IMG/VR virus record: IMGVR_UViG_3300032223_003493
Coordinates: 18,882-82,881 of that record
Length of the DNA stretch: 64,000 bases
Strand: one strand, 5' to 3'
From: a virus
The translations under genes were made by a program, and so were the position numbers. Shown here one piece after another: positions 1-9,549 of the stretch; the stretch's first letter is position 1; each line of letters opens with the position of its first letter. The notes under the pieces are model-generated. The model did no database searches and had not been told where the DNA came from. It saw nothing but the letters and a program-made list of their open reading frames with translations.

Positions 1-2
1 TT

Positions 3-1181
3 GAAATCGATTTTGATATCGTCAAAATAGCAAGTTGTTCAAATTCTGATTTTCCATTACTCAATGAAGTAGTAAAGCAAGATAAGCCAATTATTATAAG
101 TTTTGGAGGATCTCAAATTGAACAAATTGATTTGACAGTAAATTTTTTCAAAAATAGAAAGAAAAATTTTGCTATACTTCATTGTGTTGGTGAATATCCT
201 ACACCTAGCAATCATTTGAATCTAAATAAAATTGATAAGTACAAATCAAGATATGGTTTACCTGTCGGATATTCCACCCATGAAGAAACTTCTAATATAC
301 AAGCTGTTGGTCTTGCAATTGCTAAAGGTGCTTGTATTTTAGAAAAGCATATTGGATTAGAAACGAATGAATATAAGCTAAATAATTATTCTACTAATTT
401 AGAAGAAACTGACGCTTGGCTATTGTCTGCGCAAAAGGCATTAGAATCTTGTGGTGATATGTTTGCAGAGCCATCTGAACGTGAAATACAAGATATTTCT
501 CAATTTGCTAGAGGTGTTTTTCTTAAAAGAAACATCCTTGCTGGTGAAAATATAACAAAGGATGATTTGTACTTTGGTATTCCACTTGACACTCAAAATG
601 GACAAATTCCAGTGTCAGATTTGTCGAAATATACATTGATGAAAGCATCTACAAATTTGTCTAAAGATGACAGTTTGTTGTATGAAGATGTTGAAATTTG
701 CAATCTTAGAAACACGATATTCAGCATTACAAAAGACGTGAATAAATTTGTTAAAGATGCTAACTTAATTATTCCTGAAGATTGCGTTTTAGAAATTTCA
801 GCACATTATGGAATTTCAGATTTTTACAAACATGGCTGTGCTATTTTTTCTTTGATAAACAGAGAATACTGCAAAAAATATATTATTTTACTTCCAGGTC
901 AGATTCATCCAACTCAATATCATAAAATAAAAGAAGAAACTTTTATTTTGATTTCTGGAGAATTGAAATTAAAAATCAATGAAGAAGTAAACCTTTTAAA
1001 GCCGGGAAGCGTTCATGTTATTCAACGAGGCGCCAAACATGAAATGGTATCAGAAACTGGCTGTATTATTGAAGAATTATCTACTACTCATATTCCTAAT
1101 GATTCATATTATTTAGATGATAGCATAAATAAAAATGAAAATAGAAAGTTTGTTGTAAATTACTGGAGATTATATGATTAA
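3..1181 (+). CDS. neuB: NeuB-family (sialic/nonulosonic acid synthase-like) protein with SAF domain and C-terminal cupin (sugar isomerase-like); 5'-truncated by the window edge
   Basis: The frame is open from nt 3 (EIDFDIVKIASCSNSDFPLL...), upstream of the ORF-track start at 132. NeuB motifs: KIAS, HCVGEYP, GYSTHE, LEKH. SAF-like segment RGVFLKRNILAGENIT. C-terminal cupin NREYCKKYIILLPGQIHPTQYHKIKEETF. Confidence 0.88.
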   Translation, partial: EIDFDIVKIASCSNSDFPLLNEVVKQDKPIIISFGGSQIEQIDLTVNFFKNRKKNFAILHCVGEYPTPSNHLNLNKIDKYKSRYGLPVGYSTHEETSNIQAVGLAIAKGACILEKHIGLETNEYKLNNYSTNLEETDAWLLSAQKALESCGDMFAEPSEREIQDISQFARGVFLKRNILAGENITKDDLYFGIPLDTQNGQIPVSDLSKYTLMKASTNLSKDDSLLYEDVEICNLRNTIFSITKDVNKFVKDANLIIPEDCVLEISAHYGISDFYKHGCAIFSLINREYCKKYIILLPGQIHPTQYHKIKEETFILISGELKLKINEEVNLLKPGSVHVIQRGAKHEMVSETGCIIEELSTTHIPNDSYYLDDSINKNENRKFVVNYWRLYD

Positions 1182-2952
1182 AGTATCAGATTATATTATT
1201 CAAAGACTTGAAAGTGAAGTAAAACATATTTTCTTAATTCCAGGAGGAGGATGCATTCATTTAGTAGATTCTTTGGGTAAAAGCAATATACAACCTATAG
1301 CAAATTTGCACGAACAAGGGTCTGGTATTTGCGCTGAAGCATATTCTCAATATACTAATAATATTGGAGTTGCATTAGTAACTACTGGTCCAGGTGGTAC
1401 TAATATAATTACTCCACTGACGTCTGCTTGGCTTGATTCAATCCCAATGCTTGTTCTTGCTGGTCAAGTTCAAAAGAAAGATATGGTTAGCTATCATTCT
1501 ATAAGGCAACTGGGATTTCAAGAAGTCAATCTAATCAAAATGGTTCAAGGAATTACTAAATATTCAGAGTGTGTCAAAAATCCTGAAGAAATTCCATATC
1601 ATTTAGAAAAAGCACTTTATTTAGCTAAAAATGGAAGACCAGGTCCTGTTGTTTTAGAGATCCCATTGGATGTTCAATCATCAACAATAGATTTAGATAA
1701 TTGCAAGAAATTTCAAGCACCTCAGCAAGAAGAAAATAAAATTGATATTGATTCCGTTATCCAAGCAATAAACAATAGTAAACGACCAATAATTCTCGCT
1801 GGAAATGGTGTTAGGCTTGCTGGTGCTGAAAATTTATTCACAGATTTTATAAATCAAGTAAAAATTCCCACACTTCTAACTTGGAAATCATTAGATTTTT
1901 TACCTGAAGATCATGAACTTTATGTTGGTAGACCTGGAGGAGTAGCATCCAGAGGTGCAAATTTCAACCAGCAAAATTCAGATCTAATTATTTGTTTGGG
2001 TGCAAGATTAGATCATGGACAGTTAGCTTACCAAGCAAAATATTTTGCTAGAAAAGCAAAAAAAATTATAGTTGATATTGATATTTTTGAAATTAGAAAA
2101 TTAGGAATTGAAGTTGACTTTGCAATAAATATAGATTGTAAAAAATTCCTAAATTTACTCTTAAGCAATATTGAAAAAATAAATATAAAAACTAATGATT
2201 GGCTAGATCACTGCAAAAAAGCATATGAAAAATATCCAATATGCTTACCAGAATACTACGAACAAAAAAACTTTATTAATAATTATGTTTTTATTGAAGA
2301 GTTATCAAAAAATCTTCCTGAAAATTCTTTGATTGTTCCTGGAAGTTCTGGTGCTTGTAGCGAAGTCACAATGCAAGCTATAAAAGTGAAATCTAATACA
2401 AGAATCTTCAATAGTGAAGGTTTGGGATCTATGGGTTTTGGCATACCTGCAGCAATTGGAGCTTGTATAGCTTCAGGTAAGAAGCCAACAATTTGCATAG
2501 ATGGTGATGGCGGATTTGTCATGAATATGCAAGAGCTAGAATTAGTTAACAGATATAACTTACCAATAAAGTTTTTTATCTTAAACAATAATGGATATGG
2601 CTCAATAAAGACTACTCAAAACAATCACTTCGGTGGGAAACTTGTTGCAAGTGATCCATCTAGTGGATTGACTTTGCCAGATATAAGCAAGATTTCTTTT
2701 AGTTTTGGTATTGAACATATTAAAATTTTTGATAACAATATGCTAATTTCTTTATTGCCAAAAATAATTAAAAAAGAATCAGCTTTAATTATTGAACTAA
2801 TGATTGACCCAAATCATAAAACATTTCCAAAAGCAGCGGTATTCAAGACCGAAGATGGATTATTTTCAACAAGACCAATGGAAGATTTGCAACCTTTACT
2901 TAGCAGAGATGAATTAAGATCAAACATGTTGATTGATACAATAGATTGCTGA
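1174..2952 (+). CDS. Thiamine-diphosphate-dependent enzyme, acetolactate synthase-like; probably the YerE-like sugar-cluster subfamily
   Basis: N-terminal HEQ..AEAY and TTGPGGTN, ThDP-binding GDGG...NNNGYG motif, C-terminal RPMEDLQPLLSRDE tail. Embedded among sugar genes. Confidence 0.88.
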   Translation: MIKVSDYIIQRLESEVKHIFLIPGGGCIHLVDSLGKSNIQPIANLHEQGSGICAEAYSQYTNNIGVALVTTGPGGTNIITPLTSAWLDSIPMLVLAGQVQKKDMVSYHSIRQLGFQEVNLIKMVQGITKYSECVKNPEEIPYHLEKALYLAKNGRPGPVVLEIPLDVQSSTIDLDNCKKFQAPQQEENKIDIDSVIQAINNSKRPIILAGNGVRLAGAENLFTDFINQVKIPTLLTWKSLDFLPEDHELYVGRPGGVASRGANFNQQNSDLIICLGARLDHGQLAYQAKYFARKAKKIIVDIDIFEIRKLGIEVDFAINIDCKKFLNLLLSNIEKINIKTNDWLDHCKKAYEKYPICLPEYYEQKNFINNYVFIEELSKNLPENSLIVPGSSGACSEVTMQAIKVKSNTRIFNSEGLGSMGFGIPAAIGACIASGKKPTICIDGDGGFVMNMQELELVNRYNLPIKFFILNNNGYGSIKTTQNNHFGGKLVASDPSSGLTLPDISKISFSFGIEHIKIFDNNMLISLLPKIIKKESALIIELMIDPNHKTFPKAAVFKTEDGLFSTRPMEDLQPLLSRDELRSNMLIDTIDC

Positions 2953-2974
2953 TAAAAAAACCCATCGGTATAAT
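2946..2974 (+). promoter_or_regulatory. Putative sigma70-type promoter TTGCTG-N17-TATAAT upstream of the 2991 gene
   Basis: TTGCTG at 2946-2951, perfect TATAAT at 2969-2974, 17-nt spacer, followed by an AAGAGGT ribosome-binding site. Confidence 0.5.
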
Positions 2975-2990
2975 AAAAAGAGGTAAATGA

Positions 2991-3506
2991 ATGAGTTTAA
3001 TTAAGTTTCATGTTGAAGATGAAAACCCATTTAACCATTGGGACCATTTGATAGTTAAGGATCAAGTTGTATTAGATCTTGGATGCGGTAAGCATTATAT
3101 TCAAGATGGCTGGATGACTACTCCAGAATTTTTTTTACATAAAGGTGCAAAAAAAGTAGTAGGTGTAGATCCACATATTGATGATATTGAGTATTACAAA
3201 CAAGTTCATCCAGATTCTTTATTTTTCAAAGATTGTGTATTGAGTGCTGATCATCTTGATAGTTATATGAATAACTATGATGTTACTGCTGTCAAAATGG
3301 ATATTGAAGGGCATGAAAGACATCTAATTGAATCAGCTAGCACTTATCCAAATATCAAACACATTGCAGTAGAAACTCACAATCGTGAATTGTTCCATAA
3401 TGTAATGATGCGTCTAGCAGATTTAGGTTTTGAAATCACTCATGTAGCTACATTTTATCCAAGAGTATACAATGAGTGTAATTTAATTGTAGCAAATAGG
3501 CCATAA
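2991..3506 (+). CDS. Class I SAM-dependent methyltransferase (FkbM-like)
   Basis: VLDLGCG motif I, VVGVDP, KMDIEGHE and VETH, as in FkbM-type enzymes. Confidence 0.75.
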   Translation: MSLIKFHVEDENPFNHWDHLIVKDQVVLDLGCGKHYIQDGWMTTPEFFLHKGAKKVVGVDPHIDDIEYYKQVHPDSLFFKDCVLSADHLDSYMNNYDVTAVKMDIEGHERHLIESASTYPNIKHIAVETHNRELFHNVMMRLADLGFEITHVATFYPRVYNECNLIVANRP

Positions 3507-4399
3507 TGAGAATTTTAGTTACTGGAGCCAATGGTTTTATAGGGACTAACTTTATAAAAAAATTCAGTAACAAGTCTGATATTCTTGCAGTTTCAACTAG
3601 AAATACCAATATTGCTTCTTTCTCAGATGTAGAATTTTTAGAATTAGAACTTAAAAATTATGATAATTTACCGTCAATAGTAAATAAGTTTAAACCTGAA
3701 ATAGTTCTACATTTAGCCTGGGAAGGAAGCAATACTTATTACCACACTAATTCAATAAATCAGTTTGAAAATATTACTAACTCTTTTAAACTCTTAGAAG
3801 CTATATCAGAATTAGAAAATGTGCATTTCATTGGTATGGGAACAGGTGGAGAATATGGATATTATTCAGATTATGTTTCTGAAAGCTTTGAAGAAAATCC
3901 AGTTAGTCATTATGGGTTAGCTAAATTACTCTTTAAGCAAGGTTCAGAGATTTTCTGCTCCAAGAAAAACATAACATGGACATGGTTAAGACCTTTTATG
4001 TGTTATGGGCCTTATGATGTTAAAACAAGATTGATTCCCAAAGTTATCAACAGTTGTTTACTAAATGAATCTCTTAGATTAGATTCTTGCGAATCAAAAG
4101 TAGATTATTTGTACATTGATGATGCTATAGATGCAATAGAAAAAATTATATATCTACGAAAAAGTGGCGTGTTCAATATTTGTTCAAACAAAGAGTACCA
4201 AGTTAGATCAATTATTGAAGTTATAACAAATCATTTTCAAGTAAATAATGTAATTTTTGATAGTTCTCTAAATAGAAAAAATTTTTGTGAGTCAGTTATT
4301 GGCGACAATTCAAAACTTATAAATGAATTAGAATGGACGCACAAAACACAAATTTTTGAAGGTTTGTTAAAGACAATTGATTTTTTTAAAGGTAAGTAA
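3506..4399 (+). CDS. NAD-dependent NDP-sugar epimerase/dehydratase/reductase (extended SDR)
   Basis: ILVTGANGFIG Rossmann motif, HLAW, YGLAK (YxxxK), LRPFMCYGP. Confidence 0.9.
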   Translation: MRILVTGANGFIGTNFIKKFSNKSDILAVSTRNTNIASFSDVEFLELELKNYDNLPSIVNKFKPEIVLHLAWEGSNTYYHTNSINQFENITNSFKLLEAISELENVHFIGMGTGGEYGYYSDYVSESFEENPVSHYGLAKLLFKQGSEIFCSKKNITWTWLRPFMCYGPYDVKTRLIPKVINSCLLNESLRLDSCESKVDYLYIDDAIDAIEKIIYLRKSGVFNICSNKEYQVRSIIEVITNHFQVNNVIFDSSLNRKNFCESVIGDNSKLINELEWTHKTQIFEGLLKTIDFFKGK

Positions 4400-4402
4400 A
4401 TT

Positions 4403-5056
4403 ATGAATAATTTTTCAAGCAAATTGGTATTTTTAGATGACAAATGGCATTGGAGAAATGATGATACAGATCTCAAGTGCTACAAAGGCTGGCAAGAAGA
4501 GAATCAGCTTTTAGAAATTTTAGAAAGACATTTAGATAAAAAAGATGTTATGGTTCAAGCTGGTGGAAATTGTGGAATGCAAGTTGTTAAGTTTGCTGAC
4601 AAATTTAAAATGGTGTACACATTTGAACCAGATCCAGTAAATTTTCAATGTTTAGTAGCAAATTTACCATACACTAACGTAGTAAAATTGCAAGCTTGTG
4701 TAGGCGATTCACATCAATTGTTAGACGTAGACTTCTTTGTTGATGATATCGGATCAATTCATGTGAAAAACAATAAAGGCAAAATCCCAACTCTTAAGAT
4801 TGATGATTTAGCTTTAGAATCATGTGATTTGATTCAGTTAGATGTTGAAGGCTTTGAATATTTTGCTTTGAATGGTGCTATTGAAACTATAAAGAAATTT
4901 CATCCACTTCTTTGCTTGGAGTTTACTTGGTTGCAAAGATATGGTGTAAATATGGACAAGATGATGCGTCTTTTAGCAAGTTTAGGTTATGAGCAAGTTG
5001 ATTCATACACCAATGATTATATTTTTAAATACAAGAAGTTGAGTTTTAGCATCTAA
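4403..5056 (+). CDS. FkbM-family methyltransferase
   Basis: VQAGGNCG, VYTFEPDPVNF, IDDL, IQLDVEGFE...GAIETIKKFHP. Confidence 0.88.
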   Translation: MNNFSSKLVFLDDKWHWRNDDTDLKCYKGWQEENQLLEILERHLDKKDVMVQAGGNCGMQVVKFADKFKMVYTFEPDPVNFQCLVANLPYTNVVKLQACVGDSHQLLDVDFFVDDIGSIHVKNNKGKIPTLKIDDLALESCDLIQLDVEGFEYFALNGAIETIKKFHPLLCLEFTWLQRYGVNMDKMMRLLASLGYEQVDSYTNDYIFKYKKLSFSI

Positions 5057-5868
5057 TGAAAAATGTACTTTTAAACTTCATTCAAGGAAAAAATATTGCT
5101 GATTCCTTAGATATGGAAATTTATTTATCATCATTGAGTAAGTTCAAGACATTTGATAAAATTTTGTTTGCTAATTATATTACTGATGCTCAAACTGCAA
5201 TGTTGAGCAAGTACTATGATCAAATTATCAATGTTCCAGATAGAGAGTATCCAGTTGTAGGGTACAAAGTTTATCATGACTGGCTATGTGAATATGGTAT
5301 GCATTATGAATATGCTATGCATTGTGATATGCGAGATGTAATTATTCAAAAAGATCCATTTGAATTTATGAGAAACATGCCCGAAAAAGATTTATTTTTG
5401 TGCGCTGAGGGAATGAAGATATCTGAAAGCGAATGCAACAGAATTTGGCATGATTGGTTCTTGACAACTGTATCATTTAACAAACATAAGTATGATGATT
5501 CAGAAGTTTTGAATGGTGGAACTTATGGTGGAAAACTTTCTTCAGTTTTGCTTTTTACCCAAATGGTATTAATTGGAATGAATAGATTGACAATGAGACC
5601 TGCTGTAATGCCAGATCAAGCAGTTTTAGGATTTTTAGAAAGACAACTGAAAATTAATCCTAGAGTAAATATTTGTCATCCTTACAGAGACACATTTGCT
5701 TGCACTGGAGAAGCAATTAAATACGATGATATAGAAGTTTTTTATGATGGCAAACTAGTCACAAATAAAGATGGGGAACCTTATTGTATTTTTCATCAAT
5801 GGGATAGAACAGAAATTTGCAATACAGTGAGAGAAAAAGCAGCTAATACTTTACATTTCTCTCTCTAA
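5056..5868 (+). CDS. Putative GT-A-fold glycosyltransferase
   Basis: HCDMRDVIIQKDPF (DxD-like), LNGGTYGG, DQAVL and HQWDR motifs. Last gene of the sugar cluster. Confidence 0.6.
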   Translation: MKNVLLNFIQGKNIADSLDMEIYLSSLSKFKTFDKILFANYITDAQTAMLSKYYDQIINVPDREYPVVGYKVYHDWLCEYGMHYEYAMHCDMRDVIIQKDPFEFMRNMPEKDLFLCAEGMKISESECNRIWHDWFLTTVSFNKHKYDDSEVLNGGTYGGKLSSVLLFTQMVLIGMNRLTMRPAVMPDQAVLGFLERQLKINPRVNICHPYRDTFACTGEAIKYDDIEVFYDGKLVTNKDGEPYCIFHQWDRTEICNTVREKAANTLHFSL

Positions 5869-6435
5869 ATCAATATCTAAATCTGCAGCTGTTTCTGGTT
5901 TTGCTTCATTTTTAGTTGCCAATATAAGTTGAATAGTTTCGAATTCTTTCATGCTTAAGTTTGAAAATTCATCTTTACTCATTGAAACTAATCCTCGTGT
6001 CATATAATCTATTTCAACAATTAGTGGTGGCACGGGGTATGTTTCAGTATCATTTGGATTGTAATATTTTTTTGTAGCAACATAATAAAAGTTTGCTTCG
6101 TCGGCATTCAAATAAAGATAATTTTGATATTCAACCCAAAGTTTTTCAATTGTACTGTGATCTATTAAGTGGATCAATGATTCTTCAAATTGCGGATAAT
6201 AATCAGTATTTGTGCTTGTGTCGTAAGCTCTAAGTATTGCTAAACTAAGTATTTCACGCTTTTCAAATTCTGAGTTTTGGTAAATAATATTATCTTTTTT
6301 TCTAAATGATTTTGCATCAATCAACAATCCTTCTTTCCAAGTAATTTCACGAATAATAAATTTCACAGAATCAATATTGATTATATGAATTTTATTAGAT
6401 TTATTTTTTTCATAAAATTCAATAAATTCTTTCAT
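5851..6435 (-). CDS. Hypothetical protein, probable tail assembly chaperone-like
   Basis: 194 aa, acidic, KFIIREITWKE motif, directly downstream of a tube-like gene. Function inferred from synteny. Confidence 0.4.
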   Translation of the reverse strand: MKEFIEFYEKNKSNKIHIINIDSVKFIIREITWKEGLLIDAKSFRKKDNIIYQNSEFEKREILSLAILRAYDTSTNTDYYPQFEESLIHLIDHSTIEKLWVEYQNYLYLNADEANFYYVATKKYYNPNDTETYPVPPLIVEIDYMTRGLVSMSKDEFSNLSMKEFETIQLILATKNEAKPETAADLDIDLEREM

Positions 6436-7682
6436 AATATAAACTCAGAAACTCTACTGTTCAATAAACCATTGAAAGCTGTAAATTCTGTCATTCTTAC
6501 AGTAAAGTTATACTCAATGAAATATCCATTTCCAGGACTTATAGTGATGACTGGTTGTTGCCAATCTACATTTTTCATGGTGTAGAAAAATACACTTCCG
6601 AAATACAATGTTAATGATGAAGCATTTGTATCAATAAAACTATAATTTTGAGGGCTGAAAAGTTTTATTGAACCAGTTACTCTTCTACTACTTAATGAAG
6701 CAAATCTGGGACCTGCTACATCATAAAATTCTTTCAAGATATTTCCTACAGAATATCCAGGATATGTATATACAAAATCTACAGATTGTTGTATTGATAA
6801 TGACATGCCAACAATTTTATGGATAGGCATACTATATGAACTATAAGCTTTTTGAACAGTATTAGCAAAATTTTGAAATGCATTAGTTCCAGTATAAAAT
6901 CCTGGAGAAAAAGCACAATCTGAGAGATTTATTGATCTATATTTATCTTGAAAGTTATTAGATTCATCAGTAATAAACTGATTATCACCTATATTCAAAG
7001 ATTTCATTTTTATGTAACTGTTATTTGTGATAGGTCTAAAAACAGTTACGCCATCAGGTGAAATTACCGATCTGCCACCAACTACTGAGCATGTAATGTC
7101 AACGTCACCAAGTTGATCCATACCATCTACTCTTATATTGAATGAACTTAAGAAAGATGGACCAAAAGATTTATGAGTTGGTATACTTGAACAGAACAAT
7201 AGAGGATAAAGAGGTATTACTGAAGCTCTATATATTGCCGTTTCTGCTGGGTATTGCTGATTAAAATTTGTTGACAAAATTGGATTGAAAGAAAAATTAC
7301 CTGAATATTGATATGAATTAAATACAGGGTGATTCAATACTGACAATCCAGAGAAATTTTGCACTGGTTGATAAATATTTTCACCAGCGTTATCTGTAAA
7401 GCTTGAACAATATAATGGCTTGTAATCAGTTGAAAATCTTTTATAAAAAAAATTTCCAGATATATGTGTAGCTCGATTGGTCATATTTGCACTAAGCAGA
7501 TATAAATCCCATAAATGTGACCTTGAGCCTGAAGTGTTTTTGACGATTCTATGTCCGCCAAAAGACTTAAGTTGCTGATTATATAAACCTGTTTCATCAA
7601 ACGGAGCCAGCTCACAAACATATATATTATGTCCTGAAGCTGGGTATATTCCATTTATGACATTGTTTATAATATCTGGCAT
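6432..7682 (-). CDS. Virion structural protein, tail-tube-like (paralogue 2)
   Basis: C-terminal SLSIQQSVDFVYT...RRVTGSIKL parallels the 8069-9541 protein; beta-strand-rich sequence. Confidence 0.45.
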   Translation of the reverse strand: MPDIINNVINGIYPASGHNIYVCELAPFDETGLYNQQLKSFGGHRIVKNTSGSRSHLWDLYLLSANMTNRATHISGNFFYKRFSTDYKPLYCSSFTDNAGENIYQPVQNFSGLSVLNHPVFNSYQYSGNFSFNPILSTNFNQQYPAETAIYRASVIPLYPLLFCSSIPTHKSFGPSFLSSFNIRVDGMDQLGDVDITCSVVGGRSVISPDGVTVFRPITNNSYIKMKSLNIGDNQFITDESNNFQDKYRSINLSDCAFSPGFYTGTNAFQNFANTVQKAYSSYSMPIHKIVGMSLSIQQSVDFVYTYPGYSVGNILKEFYDVAGPRFASLSSRRVTGSIKLFSPQNYSFIDTNASSLTLYFGSVFFYTMKNVDWQQPVITISPGNGYFIEYNFTVRMTEFTAFNGLLNSRVSEFIL

Positions 7683-8069
7683 TTATTTTCCGCCTGTCAT
7701 CTCTAGCCATTTTTTGGATAAAGCTTTCACCAATTCGTATCTCATCATGCTAACATTGTGAGGATCTGGATAATAAGTTTCTTCGTTATCACCATCTTTG
7801 ATCTTAATAACAGAAAAGAAACTAGTTATAATATTTTTACAAAGCACAGAAGTTCTCAACAATGGATTGCCAGTAACTGAATTGATAATAGTTGCTTCTT
7901 CTATAATATTAGACATGTCAGCAAAATTTCTTCCTTTAACATCACAAGAAATTTCACATTCACCATTAGGATCCATTTTATAACAAAGCACTTCTCCGTC
8001 ATCATTTTTGATAACATTACAAGTTAATTTTAATTCAAATCTTTTTCCGGCGTCTACAAAAATACTCAT
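7683..8069 (-). CDS. Small hypothetical protein, possible tail assembly chaperone
   Basis: 128 aa, translationally coupled between the two tube-like genes. Confidence 0.4.
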   Translation of the reverse strand: MSIFVDAGKRFELKLTCNVIKNDDGEVLCYKMDPNGECEISCDVKGRNFADMSNIIEEATIINSVTGNPLLRTSVLCKNIITSFFSVIKIKDGDNEETYYPDPHNVSMMRYELVKALSKKWLEMTGGK

Positions 8070-9541
8070 TAATAACTTCCTGTTGGTTTAAGTACTGGGT
8101 CAAATAAATAATTTTGAGTTGCTACTGAAAAATTAACTTTACCTTTTTGGTAATCCATTCTAGAATGTTCTTCAGATTCAGTTGACCATACAACTTCAGG
8201 CAATTCTAACTTAATTGGTCCCATATCAAAAGTTATACCGTCATTATTTATGCTGCTTGGTCCTGATAAGAATTCAACCATTGCCCAAGGTTTTATTGGA
8301 CCAGTGTAGGTAATTGATCCTGAAATTTTACGTCCTTCAGAATAATATGCGTAAGGTAATGAATTCTTAAAAGAATTTATTTTTTTATCACTACTTTTAC
8401 TGTTTAATGTAAATACTGGTTTTAAATTATTTTCAATGCTTATTGACATTTCAGTCACATAAATACTATCAAGCTGAGATTGTTGAAATCCCCTAAAAAG
8501 CTTTGAATCTAAAATACCGCCTAAACCAAAAAGACCATATTCTGGAGCACTTTTATAAACTCTTACATTGTATCCATTAAGAATATAGCTTGGTTTTTTC
8601 TTAAAGTAATTTTGAACTATTGTTGCAAAATTGTTGTACATTTGAACTTGATATGTTCTGTCTACATTCAATACTTTCAAATCAATGTATGCAACTATTT
8701 GCTCTCCTGGAACAAAATTTATTGCAAATTTTTCAACCAAACATCCACTTAGTAATCCTTGTTTCAAAGTAAACAATGAGAATGATGCTTCTTTACCATT
8801 TGATTGTGGATTAGCCGAAATATAAGAAGTATCTCTTGCAAATGCAGCATTAACTCCACCTCCTATAGTAAGTAATCGATTAGCTTTGTCCACTGCAGTA
8901 ACTGTTACTAAATCGTAACTAGTGCTTGTATCAGATTTTATCTTTGCCTGAAATGGTACTGATAATCCCATAAATTCAGCTATATTGTCAATGTAAAGTT
9001 GAGTTGTTCCAGCAGATATTGTAGATGAATTATCAGAAGTAAATCTACCTATAAAAGAAGTTGGTGATCCTTTGAAAGCTTCAATACAATAATCAAAAAA
9101 TGCCGCTAAAGAAAAATCTAAATATCCCCAACTATCTACTTTAAAAGGATATGTGAAGCTTACATTGTACTCTTTAGGTCCTAATTGAAAAGTATTAGGA
9201 TTTGCCCCTTCACCCGCATATCTTTCTCCTGCATCAGAATCTTGTGCGCCTTGAATATTGAAATTATCAATAGAAAATAAATAATTTGTATTTATATTTG
9301 AAAAAGATAAATTGAAATCTGGATCTTCTCCAAATTCCCTAGAAAGTGCAAAGATATCATAATAACCAGCTTCAAAAGCCGGGGTATATAAATGCGAGCT
9401 GAAGTTATTATAAGCTTCTTTATAAAGGTATTGAGAAGGTGAATATTCTGAACTTCCAATACTAGGAACTACAACTGTTTGATCTACGCCAAAAGCTTTG
9501 ATGCTTGATTTTGATGAACTGGCTTTAACACTTTTTCTCAT
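8069..9541 (-). CDS. Putative tail tube protein
   Basis: GCLVEKFAINF and EMSISIENNLKPVFTL...EGRKISGSITY resemble phage tail-tube C-terminal signatures; located in the tail operon. Confidence 0.55.
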   Translation of the reverse strand: MRKSVKASSSKSSIKAFGVDQTVVVPSIGSSEYSPSQYLYKEAYNNFSSHLYTPAFEAGYYDIFALSREFGEDPDFNLSFSNINTNYLFSIDNFNIQGAQDSDAGERYAGEGANPNTFQLGPKEYNVSFTYPFKVDSWGYLDFSLAAFFDYCIEAFKGSPTSFIGRFTSDNSSTISAGTTQLYIDNIAEFMGLSVPFQAKIKSDTSTSYDLVTVTAVDKANRLLTIGGGVNAAFARDTSYISANPQSNGKEASFSLFTLKQGLLSGCLVEKFAINFVPGEQIVAYIDLKVLNVDRTYQVQMYNNFATIVQNYFKKKPSYILNGYNVRVYKSAPEYGLFGLGGILDSKLFRGFQQSQLDSIYVTEMSISIENNLKPVFTLNSKSSDKKINSFKNSLPYAYYSEGRKISGSITYTGPIKPWAMVEFLSGPSSINNDGITFDMGPIKLELPEVVWSTESEEHSRMDYQKGKVNFSVATQNYLFDPVLKPTGSY

Positions 9542-9549
9542 ATCAAAAC

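Noticed and set aside
1174-2952. Calling this gene ilvB (branched-chain amino acid synthesis)
   Set aside because: No ilvN/ilvC/ilvD nearby, and the context is entirely sugar-modifying, so no gene symbol was assigned.
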